Source of the DNA: Pelagomonas calceolata
Lineage: Eukaryota
DNA: 64,000 bases
Direction of reading: 5' to 3'
Assembly: GCA_918797485.1 (NCBI GenBank)
Contig: CAKKNE010000001.1
Location: 4,588,001-4,652,000, forward strand
The notes beneath the pieces are model-generated. The model saw nothing but the letters and a program-made list of their open reading frames with translations. It did not search any database and had not been told where the DNA came from. The translations under genes were made by a program, and so were the position numbers. Shown piece after piece: positions 52,660 to 63,395 of the stretch (position 1 is the stretch's first letter; every line of letters begins with the position of its first letter).

Positions 52660-53085
52660 ATGGCTGCCGCGGCCCCAGCAGCACCCCAGCCCTTCAGCCC
52701 CCAGGAGCACGCGCGCTTCGTAGAGGGCGTCGAGCAGTACTGCCGGGCCCACGCCGGCCAGGTCGGCGGCGACGCGTGCTGGGCCGCGATCGCATCCCAC
52801 GTGCAGAACCGGAGCGCGGACGAGCTCAAGGCGCACGCGCAATATTATTTGATGAGCTTACAGTCGAGGAGCCCCGAGCTCGCGCGGGCGCCGACGCCCG
52901 TCATCTGGACGGCCGAGGAGAACGCGTACTTCGAGGCCCAACTAGCGGTCGTCGACGAGGGCAGCCCCCAGCGCTTCGCGACGATCGCTTCTGGATTACC
53001 GGACAAGAGCGAGGACGACGTGAGGACGTGGTACGAGAAGCTCCTCGGGGATTTGTTGGAGATCGAGCGCGGCGCGCGCGCGTAA
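52660..53085 (+). CDS. Small two-repeat Myb/SANT protein
   Basis: FSPQEHARFVEG...WAAIASHVQNRSADELKAHAQYY and WTAEENAYFE...IASGLPDKSEDDV. Confidence 0.8.
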   Translation: MAAAAPAAPQPFSPQEHARFVEGVEQYCRAHAGQVGGDACWAAIASHVQNRSADELKAHAQYYLMSLQSRSPELARAPTPVIWTAEENAYFEAQLAVVDEGSPQRFATIASGLPDKSEDDVRTWYEKLLGDLLEIERGARA

Positions 53086-53238
53086 CTAGATGCTTAGGAG
53101 CTCCTCTCGGCCCGGCGGGTCCAGCCCATCCCTGGGCCCCAGTGGTGCATCGTCCCACGCCGCGGCCGCGTCGGTACGCCACATGGGCCGCCGAACGCGC
53201 CACGTAGATCGTGTGATGATACAGCGATACTTACGGGC

Positions 53239-54741
53239 CTAGACGCTCAGGAGCTCGGGGTGGGCCACATAGTGGGCGAAGGCCTGGAGGAAGGCCGCCG
53301 CCGTCGGCTCGTCGACGACGCGGCGGTCCGACGACAGCCGCGACGTCATCGTCGTGACCTGCCTCACGTCACCGTTCTCCATCGTAAGCTTGTTGACACC
53401 CCCACCGACAGCTAAGATGCAGGCCTGGGGCGGGTTCACGACGGCGCTGAACTCCGTGATGCCGAACATCCCCAAGTTCGACACCGTGAAGGTGCCGCCC
53501 TGGAACTCCTCGGGCTTCAGCTTGTTGTCTTTTGCACGTGTCGCGAGGTCTCTCACCTCGGCCGAGATGACGCTCAGCCCTTTGCCGGCCGCGTCGAAGA
53601 CGATCGGCGTGATCAACCCCGCCGGCGTCGCCACGGCCACACTAATATCAATTTGATCATTTGGTACACTCGTAGTGCCGTCCCAGGACGAGTTCGCGCG
53701 CGGGACGTCCCGCAACGCCAAAGCTACGGCCTTGATCACGACGTCGTTCACGGAGACCTTGACCCCGAATTCATTCATGAGGTGCTTCCGCAACTTGGCC
53801 ACGCCAGCTAAGTCGGCCTCGATCGACGAAAAGGCGTGGGGCACGAAGGCCCTAGATTCCGTCAAGCGCTTGGCGATGACCTTGCGCATCGTCGTCGCCG
53901 GCACATCTTCGAAAGGGGCGCCGCTCGTGGGTATGGTGGAGGGGTCGAAGGGCACCCTGGGTAAAGGCTGGAATGGTTCGGTTTGTGGGGCCGCGGCCGG
54001 TGCCGCGGCCGCCGCCGTCGGGGCTGCTGCTGCCGCCCCGAGCGCCGGGAAGGCCGTGCCCGCTGCGAGCGCCTCGAGTACGTCGCCCTTCGTGATGCGG
54101 CCGCCCTTGCCCGAGCCGACCAGACCGCTCACGTCGATGTTTTGGGAACGGCTCATAAAAGCCGCCGCGGGCATCAGCCGCGCGTCGGGGTTCGCCGCGG
54201 GCCCCGCGGCGGCGGGCGCGGCCGCGGCCGGCGCCGGCGCCGCCGGCGCCGCCGCCTCCGCCGCGGCCGGCGCCGCGGCCGGCGGCGCCGCGGCGGCTGG
54301 CGCCTCGAAGTCCGCGAAAGCTCCGGCGTCCGCGGCGTCCTCGACTTTGACCAAGATCGGCGTGCCGATGGCGATCTCGGTGCCCTCGGGCTGCAGGAGC
54401 CGCGCGACGACGCCCTCGTCCTGGGCCGTAAAATCGATCGTCGCCTTGTCCGTCTCGATCTCGCAGATCGTGTCGCCCTCGCCGAAGCTCCCCCCTTCCT
54501 CTACGTGCCACTTCTGGATCGTGCCGACCTCCATCGTCGGCGACAGCGCGGGGAGGCCCACGACCTCGTGCGCCGGGTACGAGAGCGCGCGCGCGGCGAG
54601 GCGGCGGCCCGGGCGTTGGGTTAAAGCCCGCGTGGCCAGCGCGCGGCTCGGGCGTTGGGTGGCCGCCCGCGTGGCCAGCGTGCGCGGACGCTGCGCCGCG
54701 GCACGCGCGCACGGCCTCAGGAGCGCGCGGAGGACGCGCAT
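53239..54741 (-). CDS. Mitochondrial pyruvate dehydrogenase E2-family subunit, probably E3-binding protein (PDHX-like)
   Basis: Lipoyl domain (EIETDKA), E3-binding domain (GSGKGGRITKGDV) and core domain with DRRVVD in place of catalytic DHRVVD. Confidence 0.85.
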   Translation of the reverse strand: MRVLRALLRPCARAAAQRPRTLATRAATQRPSRALATRALTQRPGRRLAARALSYPAHEVVGLPALSPTMEVGTIQKWHVEEGGSFGEGDTICEIETDKATIDFTAQDEGVVARLLQPEGTEIAIGTPILVKVEDAADAGAFADFEAPAAAAPPAAAPAAAEAAAPAAPAPAAAAPAAAGPAANPDARLMPAAAFMSRSQNIDVSGLVGSGKGGRITKGDVLEALAAGTAFPALGAAAAAPTAAAAAPAAAPQTEPFQPLPRVPFDPSTIPTSGAPFEDVPATTMRKVIAKRLTESRAFVPHAFSSIEADLAGVAKLRKHLMNEFGVKVSVNDVVIKAVALALRDVPRANSSWDGTTSVPNDQIDISVAVATPAGLITPIVFDAAGKGLSVISAEVRDLATRAKDNKLKPEEFQGGTFTVSNLGMFGITEFSAVVNPPQACILAVGGGVNKLTMENGDVRQVTTMTSRLSSDRRVVDEPTAAAFLQAFAHYVAHPELLSV

Positions 54742-55076
54742 TTGTATGAACTTAAGCAAGGCTGTGGTCGTAGGCCTGAGGAAGCGTTTGGACAACTCCA
54801 GTGGCTTGCGGGAGCAACGTGTGCCGCACAGGGCCCGATAAAAGCGTGTGGAAGGCGCCTTAATATTCGACAGCTAGCTGTTAGACACTAGCAACGCGGC
54901 GCCGCCACTAGTCCACAATACGTATCGCCACTAGTCCCAGCATCGTAACAATATATAAAAGTCCGGGCTGCTACTGCGTGCGGCGCGGCGCGCTTTCGGC
55001 GCGAGCAGGCGCCGCGTCGACGGCGTGGAGGGGATTGTGGACCGTGTATATATGAAGTAAGTAAACAACAGTAGTA

Positions 55077-57188
55077 TTAGATCTTGTAGATCGGCGGCCC
55101 CCTTCCTTCAAATGGGTCGACCGGCGCCGCACTGGGAGGCTTCTTCCTTTCCACCTCGTCCTCGAAGAAGGGCTTGACGGATTCCGTCTTCCGCATAACT
55201 TCGTTCGTCGTGTCCAGCCGGAGCTGGTAGATCAATCTAGCCATCTCCGCGAGGCGCCACTCCCGCTCCTTATGGAGGTGGAAGCCCCAGTACTCATCAA
55301 CGACCTTCTGGTCCGCCTCCGCGAGGCACATCTGCGTCCTTTCTGACGCCTCGCGCTTCACCTCCAGCACCTTGCGCTTCTGTATTTCATCAGCCGCGAT
55401 GCGCGCGTCGGCGGCGCGGATCACGCCATCCGCTCGGAACTGCTCCCGCAACTTCTTCAGCCGCAACTTTTCGGCGTTCCTGGCGCGTATTCTAGCTTCT
55501 CGAGCAGCCTGCTCCTGCTTGAGCTTCTTCTCCCGCAAGTCATCCACCATCAGCGCGTCGTGGACCCAGCCCTCGCAGTCGGTGGAGAACTCGCGCTTCG
55601 CTATCGACTCGGAATGTTCCCTGAAGGCTTTGCGAGAAGCGTCCGACCGCCGCTCAAAGTCCGCGGCCTCCCGCCTAAAAGCTCGCAATTCCTCCGTCTC
55701 GTCCCTCACCACGAGAGGTGTCAACCCGAACGTCGCCGCCGCCGCCGCCGCCGTCAGCGGCACGCCATCATCAGAAAACTCCCTCTTGCGGGAAGAGATG
55801 CCGTTGTTCTGCACCTCATCTCTCCTCCACCGCTCCTTCCGAGGTGCACAATTAGTACGCGCTTCTTTCTCCGACTGCAGTCGGAAATACAAGTCCCGCC
55901 GCGCGAGTTGCCGCTCCATCACCTCTCTATCTTTAGATTTCATCGTCTCCGCGATCCTTCTAGTATAATCGACCACGGCTGACCGGGCGACCTCCTTCGC
56001 TTCCGCAGCGTCATCCAGCAAAAGCTGCCGCGCTCGTTGCTCCGCCTGTCTTCGTTTAAGTTCCGCCCGCGTCTCGACGTTCTCGCGCACTTCATTCAAA
56101 GCGATGATGGCCACATGGAGTAAACTTCGACGGTGCTCCGCCGTCCACCAGGCCGCCCTCGCTTTTTCATTCGCCATGCGCGCCTCGAGCTGCTTGAACT
56201 TTTTTTTACCGGTTAAGTGGTGGTATTCTCTATCATTGGCTAGATGAGCCATCACACCGTACACACCTCGTCGACATTCGGGACATATGCGAGCCGTGTC
56301 AATGCGAAAATTGTAGCCCTTCTTGTCGAAAATGACACAAGCATCCGAATCCTCGAGGCCAAGCTTTCTCAACTCACTGCTGTTGGCATCGGACGGGTCC
56401 TCACTCCGCTCCTCGAAGCAGTAGACGTCGGGCGTGAACGGTAACGCCAATTTATTTTGACTCGTTTCCTCCTCTAGCCCTTGCTCCAGGAGATATTGTT
56501 CCTCGTGCGCGTGCTTTATCCTGCATAAGGGACAGTACTTCGGCGGCAGTTCATTCAAAAGCTGTAGCACGCAGACCATGGGCAACAACTTCCCACACGC
56601 CCGTCCCACCTTCTTCTGCTCCGCGTGCGTCATCTTTCTCATCAAATCTATCAATTCAGTCCGCTGCGCTCGAGGTAGTTCGGGCAGTTCCCGCCATCTC
56701 TCCTCAACAAAGCAGGCGTGTAAATCCACGATCATCCCTGCTTCCTCGGCGTCGTCTTGAAAAGCAGTAACCAACGCTTCGCAAGACGTAGGCCCGTACT
56801 TGCTCAACAACGAATCGCAGCAAAAAAAAGCCCGCAACTGTTGGTCCTCATCAGTAACAACCTCGCTCAAAATCTCCGTGAAGACGCGTCTGTGACTCGG
56901 ATCCATGCGCGACATGACGCGCACACACATTTCTTGATGTGGCGCCGGCATCGACTCCACGAGGTCGTCGATTAGTTTCATCATTTCCGCTCCGGAACTG
57001 TTGGGCCGCGACGAGGAGGACGATCTAGGTCTCAACGATGACTTGGGCGTCTTCACGCGGGCCGGCGGCGTCTGGCGGTCGCGGTTGCTCAATGGCTTCT
57101 TCTTGGGCGTCTTGGAGGGCGGCGGGGGCAGCTCGCGCTTGCTGCCCATGGCGCCGAAGACGGCCATGGGGTTCAGGGAGAGGGCCAT
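55077..57188 (-). CDS. Hypothetical coiled-coil protein
   Basis: ~700-aa ORF with an E/R/K-rich C-terminal half and two CxxC pairs. Confidence 0.7.
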   Translation of the reverse strand: MALSLNPMAVFGAMGSKRELPPPPSKTPKKKPLSNRDRQTPPARVKTPKSSLRPRSSSSSRPNSSGAEMMKLIDDLVESMPAPHQEMCVRVMSRMDPSHRRVFTEILSEVVTDEDQQLRAFFCCDSLLSKYGPTSCEALVTAFQDDAEEAGMIVDLHACFVEERWRELPELPRAQRTELIDLMRKMTHAEQKKVGRACGKLLPMVCVLQLLNELPPKYCPLCRIKHAHEEQYLLEQGLEEETSQNKLALPFTPDVYCFEERSEDPSDANSSELRKLGLEDSDACVIFDKKGYNFRIDTARICPECRRGVYGVMAHLANDREYHHLTGKKKFKQLEARMANEKARAAWWTAEHRRSLLHVAIIALNEVRENVETRAELKRRQAEQRARQLLLDDAAEAKEVARSAVVDYTRRIAETMKSKDREVMERQLARRDLYFRLQSEKEARTNCAPRKERWRRDEVQNNGISSRKREFSDDGVPLTAAAAAATFGLTPLVVRDETEELRAFRREAADFERRSDASRKAFREHSESIAKREFSTDCEGWVHDALMVDDLREKKLKQEQAAREARIRARNAEKLRLKKLREQFRADGVIRAADARIAADEIQKRKVLEVKREASERTQMCLAEADQKVVDEYWGFHLHKEREWRLAEMARLIYQLRLDTTNEVMRKTESVKPFFEDEVERKKPPSAAPVDPFEGRGPPIYKI

Positions 57189-57420
57189 CGTGGCTGCCCT
57201 TGCCCTGGGCTTGGCCTTTGCCCCCGGAGCCGGCGGAGCGGCTGAGCTGCGGCTCCGACGGCGGACGCCGCTCGGCGCTATGCTAGTGTGTCGATAACCT
57301 AGGTTCATGGCTTGCTCTCCGGGCTCGCACGGCCTGTAATCGCTGCTATCGATCGAAGTCGTGCTGGCGGAGCAGCCTCGAGACACCACTGACAACGCTG
57401 ATTGCATCGATTTGTAAAGA

Positions 57421-58366
57421 ATGGCAGAGAACCGCAAACGACAGCAGCCCCCCTCCCCGGCGTCGCGGAAGGCCCAGCGCCGCGAGGCCGAGTCGATCTG
57501 GGCTGCCCTCCATGCGCGGCACTGCGTGTACTGCCATGAATGGGTGTTCCGATATATATATATATACGCTCTTCGCCCGCTGCGCCGAGGCCATCAAGCG
57601 CCGCGGCGACGGCGGTGCGATCATCGACACGCTCCCGGCGTCGATGCGGGACCGCGTGCGCGCCGCGCGGTGGTCGGCGCGGTGCAGGGGCCCGCCGCAC
57701 AACGCTCACTGGCCGGAGCGCATCGACAAGTTCAGCTTTAGTCATTCGCGCTGGAAACTCGAGTGCTGGCGCTGCGACAAGAGGTGGATCGCCGACTCGA
57801 ACGTCGGCGACGAGAAGCCCTCTAATTGGCACACCTGGGAGGGGCACCCGCGACCAAAAATCGCCGGAGACGACGGGTGCGCCGTGCCGGGCCACGCGTT
57901 CGGCGTCGAGGGCCTGCGGGAGCGGTACGCGCGGTTTCCCGGGGACTTGACTACTCTGTGGGACGAAGGACAATGTACGACGGTCCTCTCCGAGAAACTC
58001 ACGGCGGCCGGGTGCCTGGCGGACGACGTCGTCAACCGCACGGCGGAGGACATCTGCGCCTCGTATTTCAAACCCGACGACCCGTACGTCGAGTGCCGCG
58101 AGTGCTTCGCGCTCGACTGGCGGCACGGCGTCGGCGCGGGGTTGCTGGCCGCCCAGAAGGGCTGGGAACCGCCGGCGGCCGACGAGGCCACGAGCGCCAC
58201 GACCATTGGCGTGTTCCGCGCCGTCGTCGACGCCTCCGTGGACGACGCCATCGCCGCGGCCGCGGCCGAGGCCCCGCCCCGGCTCGGCGAGGCCGTGGCG
58301 ACCCTGCCGTACGGGGCGCGTGCGGTCGAGCCGCTGGGCAACGGCAACGTCCGGTATATTTTTTAA
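57421..58366 (+). CDS. Cys-rich hypothetical protein, frameshifted at an (AT)n tract (pseudogene, polymorphism or assembly error)
   Basis: The ATG ORF at 57421 and the downstream GC3-biased frame switch at (AT)7A, 57552-57566. Confidence 0.5.
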
Positions 58367-58378
58367 CACATGACTCTC

Positions 58379-59947
58379 TTACCCCTTCGCCAGCAGCGAC
58401 GACATCTTGTCCGACGCGTTCAGGTCCCCGCCATCGACCTCATCATCTTCTAAATCGGCGAACTCGTCGTCGTCGCCGGCCTCCTCTTCTGCTGCTCTTG
58501 GATCTTCATAAGGATATTCGGTTAAGCCGGGCTGCTGGATGAGGGGTTTCGACCAGTGCGGCCGCGGGTGCCACCTCAATAGCTCCAAGTCAAAAATCAA
58601 CTTCGCGTAGGGCGGTATCAATGGCTTCACGCCATGCTCGCCGTACGCGTATTCCGCGGATATCGTAAGTTTCGACCGTTCCCCGAAACTCATCTGCAGG
58701 ACCCCGCGGTCCCAGCCCTTGATGACCTGGCCGATACCTAACACGAATTCGAAGGTCTGCTTGGCTTTCCTCGTATTCTCAACCTCCTTGCCCGTATCGG
58801 CGATCTTGCACACGTAATGACACCGCACGACGTCGCCGATCTGGGGGTAGGTCTCTTCGTCGCCCGGGAAGAGCACGTCGATCTGGATGTTGTCCCGGTC
58901 CCGCTTCAGCTCGAGCAACTCCTCCTCCGTCGGCAGCAGGTCGTCGCCGTCTTCCACAATCGCCTCCTCCTTCGTCTTTTCTTCTTCGTCGTCGCTGTCG
59001 GAGTAGCTTTCCTCCGAAGAAGATTTGTCGGACTCGTCCATGTCGCCGTCCACTTCTTCGGCCTGGATGTCGATGTCGTCGTCGCCGCCGGCTTCGCGTC
59101 GCTCGTACCTCAGCTTGTATTTCTTGAGGGCAATGTCTATTTTCCTCTGATGGAGCCGTTTCGTGATGCCTAGCTCCCGGAAGTCGTCCTCATCCATGTT
59201 CAGCAATAGTAACCCATCAACTTTCGAAGCTAGGACCGCAGGCACGTACTCCTCGAGGTCCATCTCGAGGAACCACGCGACTATATGTTCATTCCGCCAC
59301 TCGTCGAAATGTCTAGAGCGCTTCTGGCCCTTCAGGGCGTTGGCCATGCGTTCCAGTCGCAGATCTTTGTCGAGCTTCGCATGTGTGCTGGTTTTGGCCT
59401 CGTAGGCCTCCCTCTTGGCATCTTCTACTTCTTTCTTCAGTCTTTCAATCTCGGAATCCTTACTGACAATCAACTGAGAATCGGGACCGAGCTCCGGCGC
59501 GGCATCTTCAGCTTTGATTAAGCTCAAAGCTTCGGCGGGGTTGTCCCACCGGACTTCATTCGTTCTGACATTGGTATAGTAGTAATCCCCCGAATCGGGA
59601 TCGAAGTCCTTCCGATACACCTCCCTCATCACTTTTGTGACCTCTTTTCTCGCTAATGCACTTCTCATGACGGCCTGGATCGTCGTCGCACAAGAAATGG
59701 CTCGTCGATCCGTGCGGTACGGCGGACACGCCTTGAGAATCAAGGGAGGGTCCCAGAGCGAGTCGCCGGTCATCTTGTTGTAGTAAAAGTACTCCTCTGA
59801 TTCCGCATCATACCCGATCTCGTAGACCCGCCGCGCGATGATCATGAGCAACGAACCGCCCTTCTTCGCCCGTACCAAGCCCTGGATCTTCGAGGCGGCC
59901 TGCCTCCGCACCTTCCAGGCCGGCGCACTTAGGTCGAGGGGGGCCAT
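58379..59947 (-). CDS. IQ-WW-IQ-WW-SAM-FKBP peptidyl-prolyl isomerase
   Basis: IQ motifs (AASKIQGLVR, ATTIQAVMR), WW-like YFYYNKMTGDSLWDPP, SAM (VDGLLLLNMDEDDFRELGI) and FKBP (GQVIKGWD, AYG, IPPYAKLIFDLELL). Confidence 0.88.
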   Translation of the reverse strand: MAPLDLSAPAWKVRRQAASKIQGLVRAKKGGSLLMIIARRVYEIGYDAESEEYFYYNKMTGDSLWDPPLILKACPPYRTDRRAISCATTIQAVMRSALARKEVTKVMREVYRKDFDPDSGDYYYTNVRTNEVRWDNPAEALSLIKAEDAAPELGPDSQLIVSKDSEIERLKKEVEDAKREAYEAKTSTHAKLDKDLRLERMANALKGQKRSRHFDEWRNEHIVAWFLEMDLEEYVPAVLASKVDGLLLLNMDEDDFRELGITKRLHQRKIDIALKKYKLRYERREAGGDDDIDIQAEEVDGDMDESDKSSSEESYSDSDDEEEKTKEEAIVEDGDDLLPTEEELLELKRDRDNIQIDVLFPGDEETYPQIGDVVRCHYVCKIADTGKEVENTRKAKQTFEFVLGIGQVIKGWDRGVLQMSFGERSKLTISAEYAYGEHGVKPLIPPYAKLIFDLELLRWHPRPHWSKPLIQQPGLTEYPYEDPRAAEEEAGDDDEFADLEDDEVDGGDLNASDKMSSLLAKG

Positions 59948-60714
59948 GGCTGCTGTGTTGTGTGTGGGTGCTGCCCCAGCGGTCGCGAGTTATGTATTCC
60001 GGTGCTGCTCGTGGGGCTGCAGCAGCTTCGCGTTCGTTGGCTGCCGACCCGTGCGCCCGCCGCGGCGGCTGCCCCAACGCGTTTGGTGCCCAAGCCCAGC
60101 CGCCGACGAGGAGCCACTAGAAATCGGCCAAACGTCCACTCTTCCGGCCATGGGTGCGTTGAAGAGTGCTCCCGTCGCCGAGAGGTACCGAAGAGGCCTC
60201 CAAACTCCCCTTTTGCCATCCCGTTTGGTGGGGCTCCTGTTGCCGACGAAGCCAGACAAAGCGCCGTCCCAGCGCCCCAATATCGCGCGGCGGAAGCTAT
60301 CGCAGCGCGAGCGGACGCAGACGACCCGCCGCGGCGCTGTGCTCGTTTTTTTCGGCGCGCCACGCGACGCTCCGGCCGCGCAGGCGAAAAAACAAGATAC
60401 CTCTCGCGGCTCCCAAAAGAGCCCGTGCGCCGCCGTGTCCGTCACCCCAACCGCCTCCAAGAGTGCCCCACGCACCCAAGTACCCCGCGCGCCGCCGTTA
60501 CGCGCCGCGCGCGCACCCCCAAAAATGTTCGCGTCGCACAGGCGAAACCGTGACCACAAAACCACCTACGCCGGCTCCACACGAGCCCGCACGCCCCAGC
60601 GTCCACGTCCACACGACTGCGTTACCGCCGCGACCGCAGGCGAACACCTCGGCAAACATCACGACCCCGCGTCCTACAAACGCGCCCCCTTCGTCCCCCC
60701 TTAGGCGAGCGAAC

Positions 60715-61715
60715 ATGTCGTCCAAGGCCAAGGCTGCCAAGGAGGAAGCCCCGTTGTCGCCGACGAAGAAGGGCAAGAAGTCGACGAAAGGCAACAGTCC
60801 GAAGAAGGACCCGAAGTCGCCGGCCAAGGTCAAGTCTGTGACGAAGGCGGCGGAGACGCCCGTCAAGACATCGAGCAAGAAGAAGGCGGCGGAGACGCCG
60901 CAGACCAAACCGAAGGAGAAGAAGACCGGCCCCTACGAGGCGCGCTGGAAGAAGGCCATGTACGTTTTCCCTTGATATACTTTCTATCACATATACACGT
61001 AGGAGCATCTTCCAGAAGTTCCAGCCCGGGTTAGGACACGACGGCACCGGTTTGTATGGTACATTGACAGCCGGCACGATGCGCACGATGATTGAAAGAT
61101 GTGAAGTGGTAGGACGGACGCACGTCGACGTCGGCGCGGCCGACGGCAAAGTGTTGCTGGGGGCTTTATCGCTCGGCGCGGCGCACGTCTATGGCGTCGA
61201 GATTTCGGGAGACGGTCTACAGACGAAGTTCGAGGGCATGCGCGACGTGCTGGCCCAGAGCCACAGCATGGGCGCGTCGTCGGCGCGCCTCGCTTGTAGC
61301 ATCGACATCTGCGATTTACGAGGAGCTACCGTCGAGGCTTGGTTAAATGAAGTCTTCAACGAGTCCGACGATACGGAGATTACCGTGAGTGCGGTCTGGC
61401 ACGGGTACGTTCTTTACTTTGATATGTTTATGACATACGTTATATAGGTTCAACACCGAGGCCAAGGAAACTTTACTCAGCGCGTGCGCCCGGTCACAGC
61501 GCGTGACGCGCTTTTCATTGATAGGCCCCGCCAAAAGAGATTACGGCAACCCCGAGGCTGTTATTGATTGGGTCGGCCAGCAGGGCGGCGCGTGCAAATT
61601 GGTAGGGGACGACAAGGGCCACCTGTCGGGGAGCGGCGAGAACCAGCGCATCATGACCTTCGAGAAAACGGACGCCGGGTCCTCGCCGCAGCGGGCGCTC
61701 GCCTTCGACGACTAG
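60715..61715 (+). CDS. DOT1-like class I methyltransferase with a Lys-rich N-terminus (introns 60960-61002 and 61405-61447)
   Basis: Three exons join in frame across two GT-AG introns. LYGTL, VDVGAADG and VYGVEI motifs; K/P/A/S-rich N-terminus. Confidence 0.65.
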
Positions 61716-62071
61716 TAGCTCTATCATCATCTCGCTCGGCGCCGACGTTCTGCCGCGGCGCGCCCCTGTTCGACCCGCGTATATCATGGATTAATATAGA
61801 CTACAGAGAGTCGCTTATCGTGGCTATAGCCCCTCTCGCGGACCCCGCGTACGCGTCTCCGGCGTGGAAAACCCGTTTTGTCACGGGCGCGTCGCGGCGC
61901 GCGTAGCGTGGAGGCGCAATAAAGCGGCAGTGAGGTGCGCTCGCACTGATTCGTGACTAGCTCGACACTGCTCGTCAGCTCGCGCCGCTACGAGCCACTG
62001 AGAGATCTCAATTGAGTCACAATTTGAGTGCTTTGGCCCTGGGAAGGCCCTGGGAAGCCAATACGCGCGAG

Positions 62072-63361
62072 ATGGTCCTGGACGAGCATGTTGTGGACGC
62101 CGCGACGTTCGGTGACGTCAACCTGGTGTCGGCCTGGCTCCACAGCTTGGAGCGTCCAGGAGACATAAACGAGGTCGACGCCGACGGAACGACGGTCCTT
62201 AATCTGTGTGCAAGAGGTTTTGACAATCATTATCTTGACGACGACAACGAGGCGGTGGAGAACGAGGTCGCCATCGTAAAAATGATTCTAGCGAAAGGAG
62301 GAGCAAACGTGAACCTCGCGGATAAATACGGCTGGACACCGCTACATCATGCTTGCGATTCGAACCCCCTATTTGGCTTGGCTGTGATTCGTGCATTACT
62401 CGCGGCGGGCGCCGACATCAACGCGAAGACATCAGGGGTTCGGAAAGAAGACTCCTTCGGGGTAGTCGCGGCCGTCCAGACGCCGCTCGCTACTGCTATT
62501 GACTGGTTTCGGTGCGCCGCTGACGACACGGCCCCGGCTGGCTTCGATGCGGAATGCACGCGCACTGCGCTGGAATATGTCGCTCTACTTCTACGTCACG
62601 GCGCGTCACTTGATGACTGCTGGGCCGGCGCGCCGGTGGAGAATTTGCTGCGCCACGTCGAGGACCGGACGACGCCGGCCATGGAGATGTGGTTCGGTAA
62701 TGATAAGTGGGCTGCCAGCACCCCGCAGGACTTGTCCCAAAACGAACATTTCCTCGCGTGTAAGGCTCTTGTTAAGAAGGCGCGCAGCGAACCGCGCAAG
62801 ACGGTCCTCACGCTCCGGGCCCTCGCGATCAAAGGCCGGGCCAAGACGACCGACCCTGTTATGAAATTTCTCGTCGGCATTCCCGACGGCGTTACCGGAA
62901 ACGTCCTCTCATTCTGGCCCCCGGCAACGCGATATATCGCGGCGCGACGGCCGGGCACGAGCCAGCTGCCGTATCGGCCGAAGCGCGAAGTTGAGGTGGT
63001 GAAGGCCCCAACGTGTTACGTCTGCGGCCGTAGCAATCGTCCCAATGGTTGTCCGGGCTGCTTTGGTGCCAGGCCTGGGTTCGACAGGCACACGGAGAAT
63101 GTCCACCACGCCATCAGTATGAGCCCGGCCTACAGCGGCAAGTCGTTCGAGGAGCTGCGGCTCGAGGACTACGAGCTGGGGCGGGACGCCGGGAAGTGGT
63201 GGATCGGGGGGACGTTGCAGATCAACAACGATAGGGATATGGCCGCCGCGCTAGACGCGCTCCAGCTCGGTCTCCCATCCGACAGCAACTTGATCTGTCG
63301 ATTCGAAGAGCCCACATACGGCTCCCCCAGACTAGACAATGAAGGAAACATAATCACGTAG
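62072..63361 (+). CDS. Ankyrin-repeat protein with a C-terminal CxxC/CxxC motif and Nup98 GLEBS-like motif
   Basis: GANVNLADKYGWTPLHHAC and LLAAGADINAK; CYVC...CPGC; HAISMSPAYSGKSFEELRLEDY. Confidence 0.8.
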   Translation: MVLDEHVVDAATFGDVNLVSAWLHSLERPGDINEVDADGTTVLNLCARGFDNHYLDDDNEAVENEVAIVKMILAKGGANVNLADKYGWTPLHHACDSNPLFGLAVIRALLAAGADINAKTSGVRKEDSFGVVAAVQTPLATAIDWFRCAADDTAPAGFDAECTRTALEYVALLLRHGASLDDCWAGAPVENLLRHVEDRTTPAMEMWFGNDKWAASTPQDLSQNEHFLACKALVKKARSEPRKTVLTLRALAIKGRAKTTDPVMKFLVGIPDGVTGNVLSFWPPATRYIAARRPGTSQLPYRPKREVEVVKAPTCYVCGRSNRPNGCPGCFGARPGFDRHTENVHHAISMSPAYSGKSFEELRLEDYELGRDAGKWWIGGTLQINNDRDMAAALDALQLGLPSDSNLICRFEEPTYGSPRLDNEGNIIT

Positions 63362-63395
63362 TAACACTTAAGAACTTATGGTCAATATCACGAAA

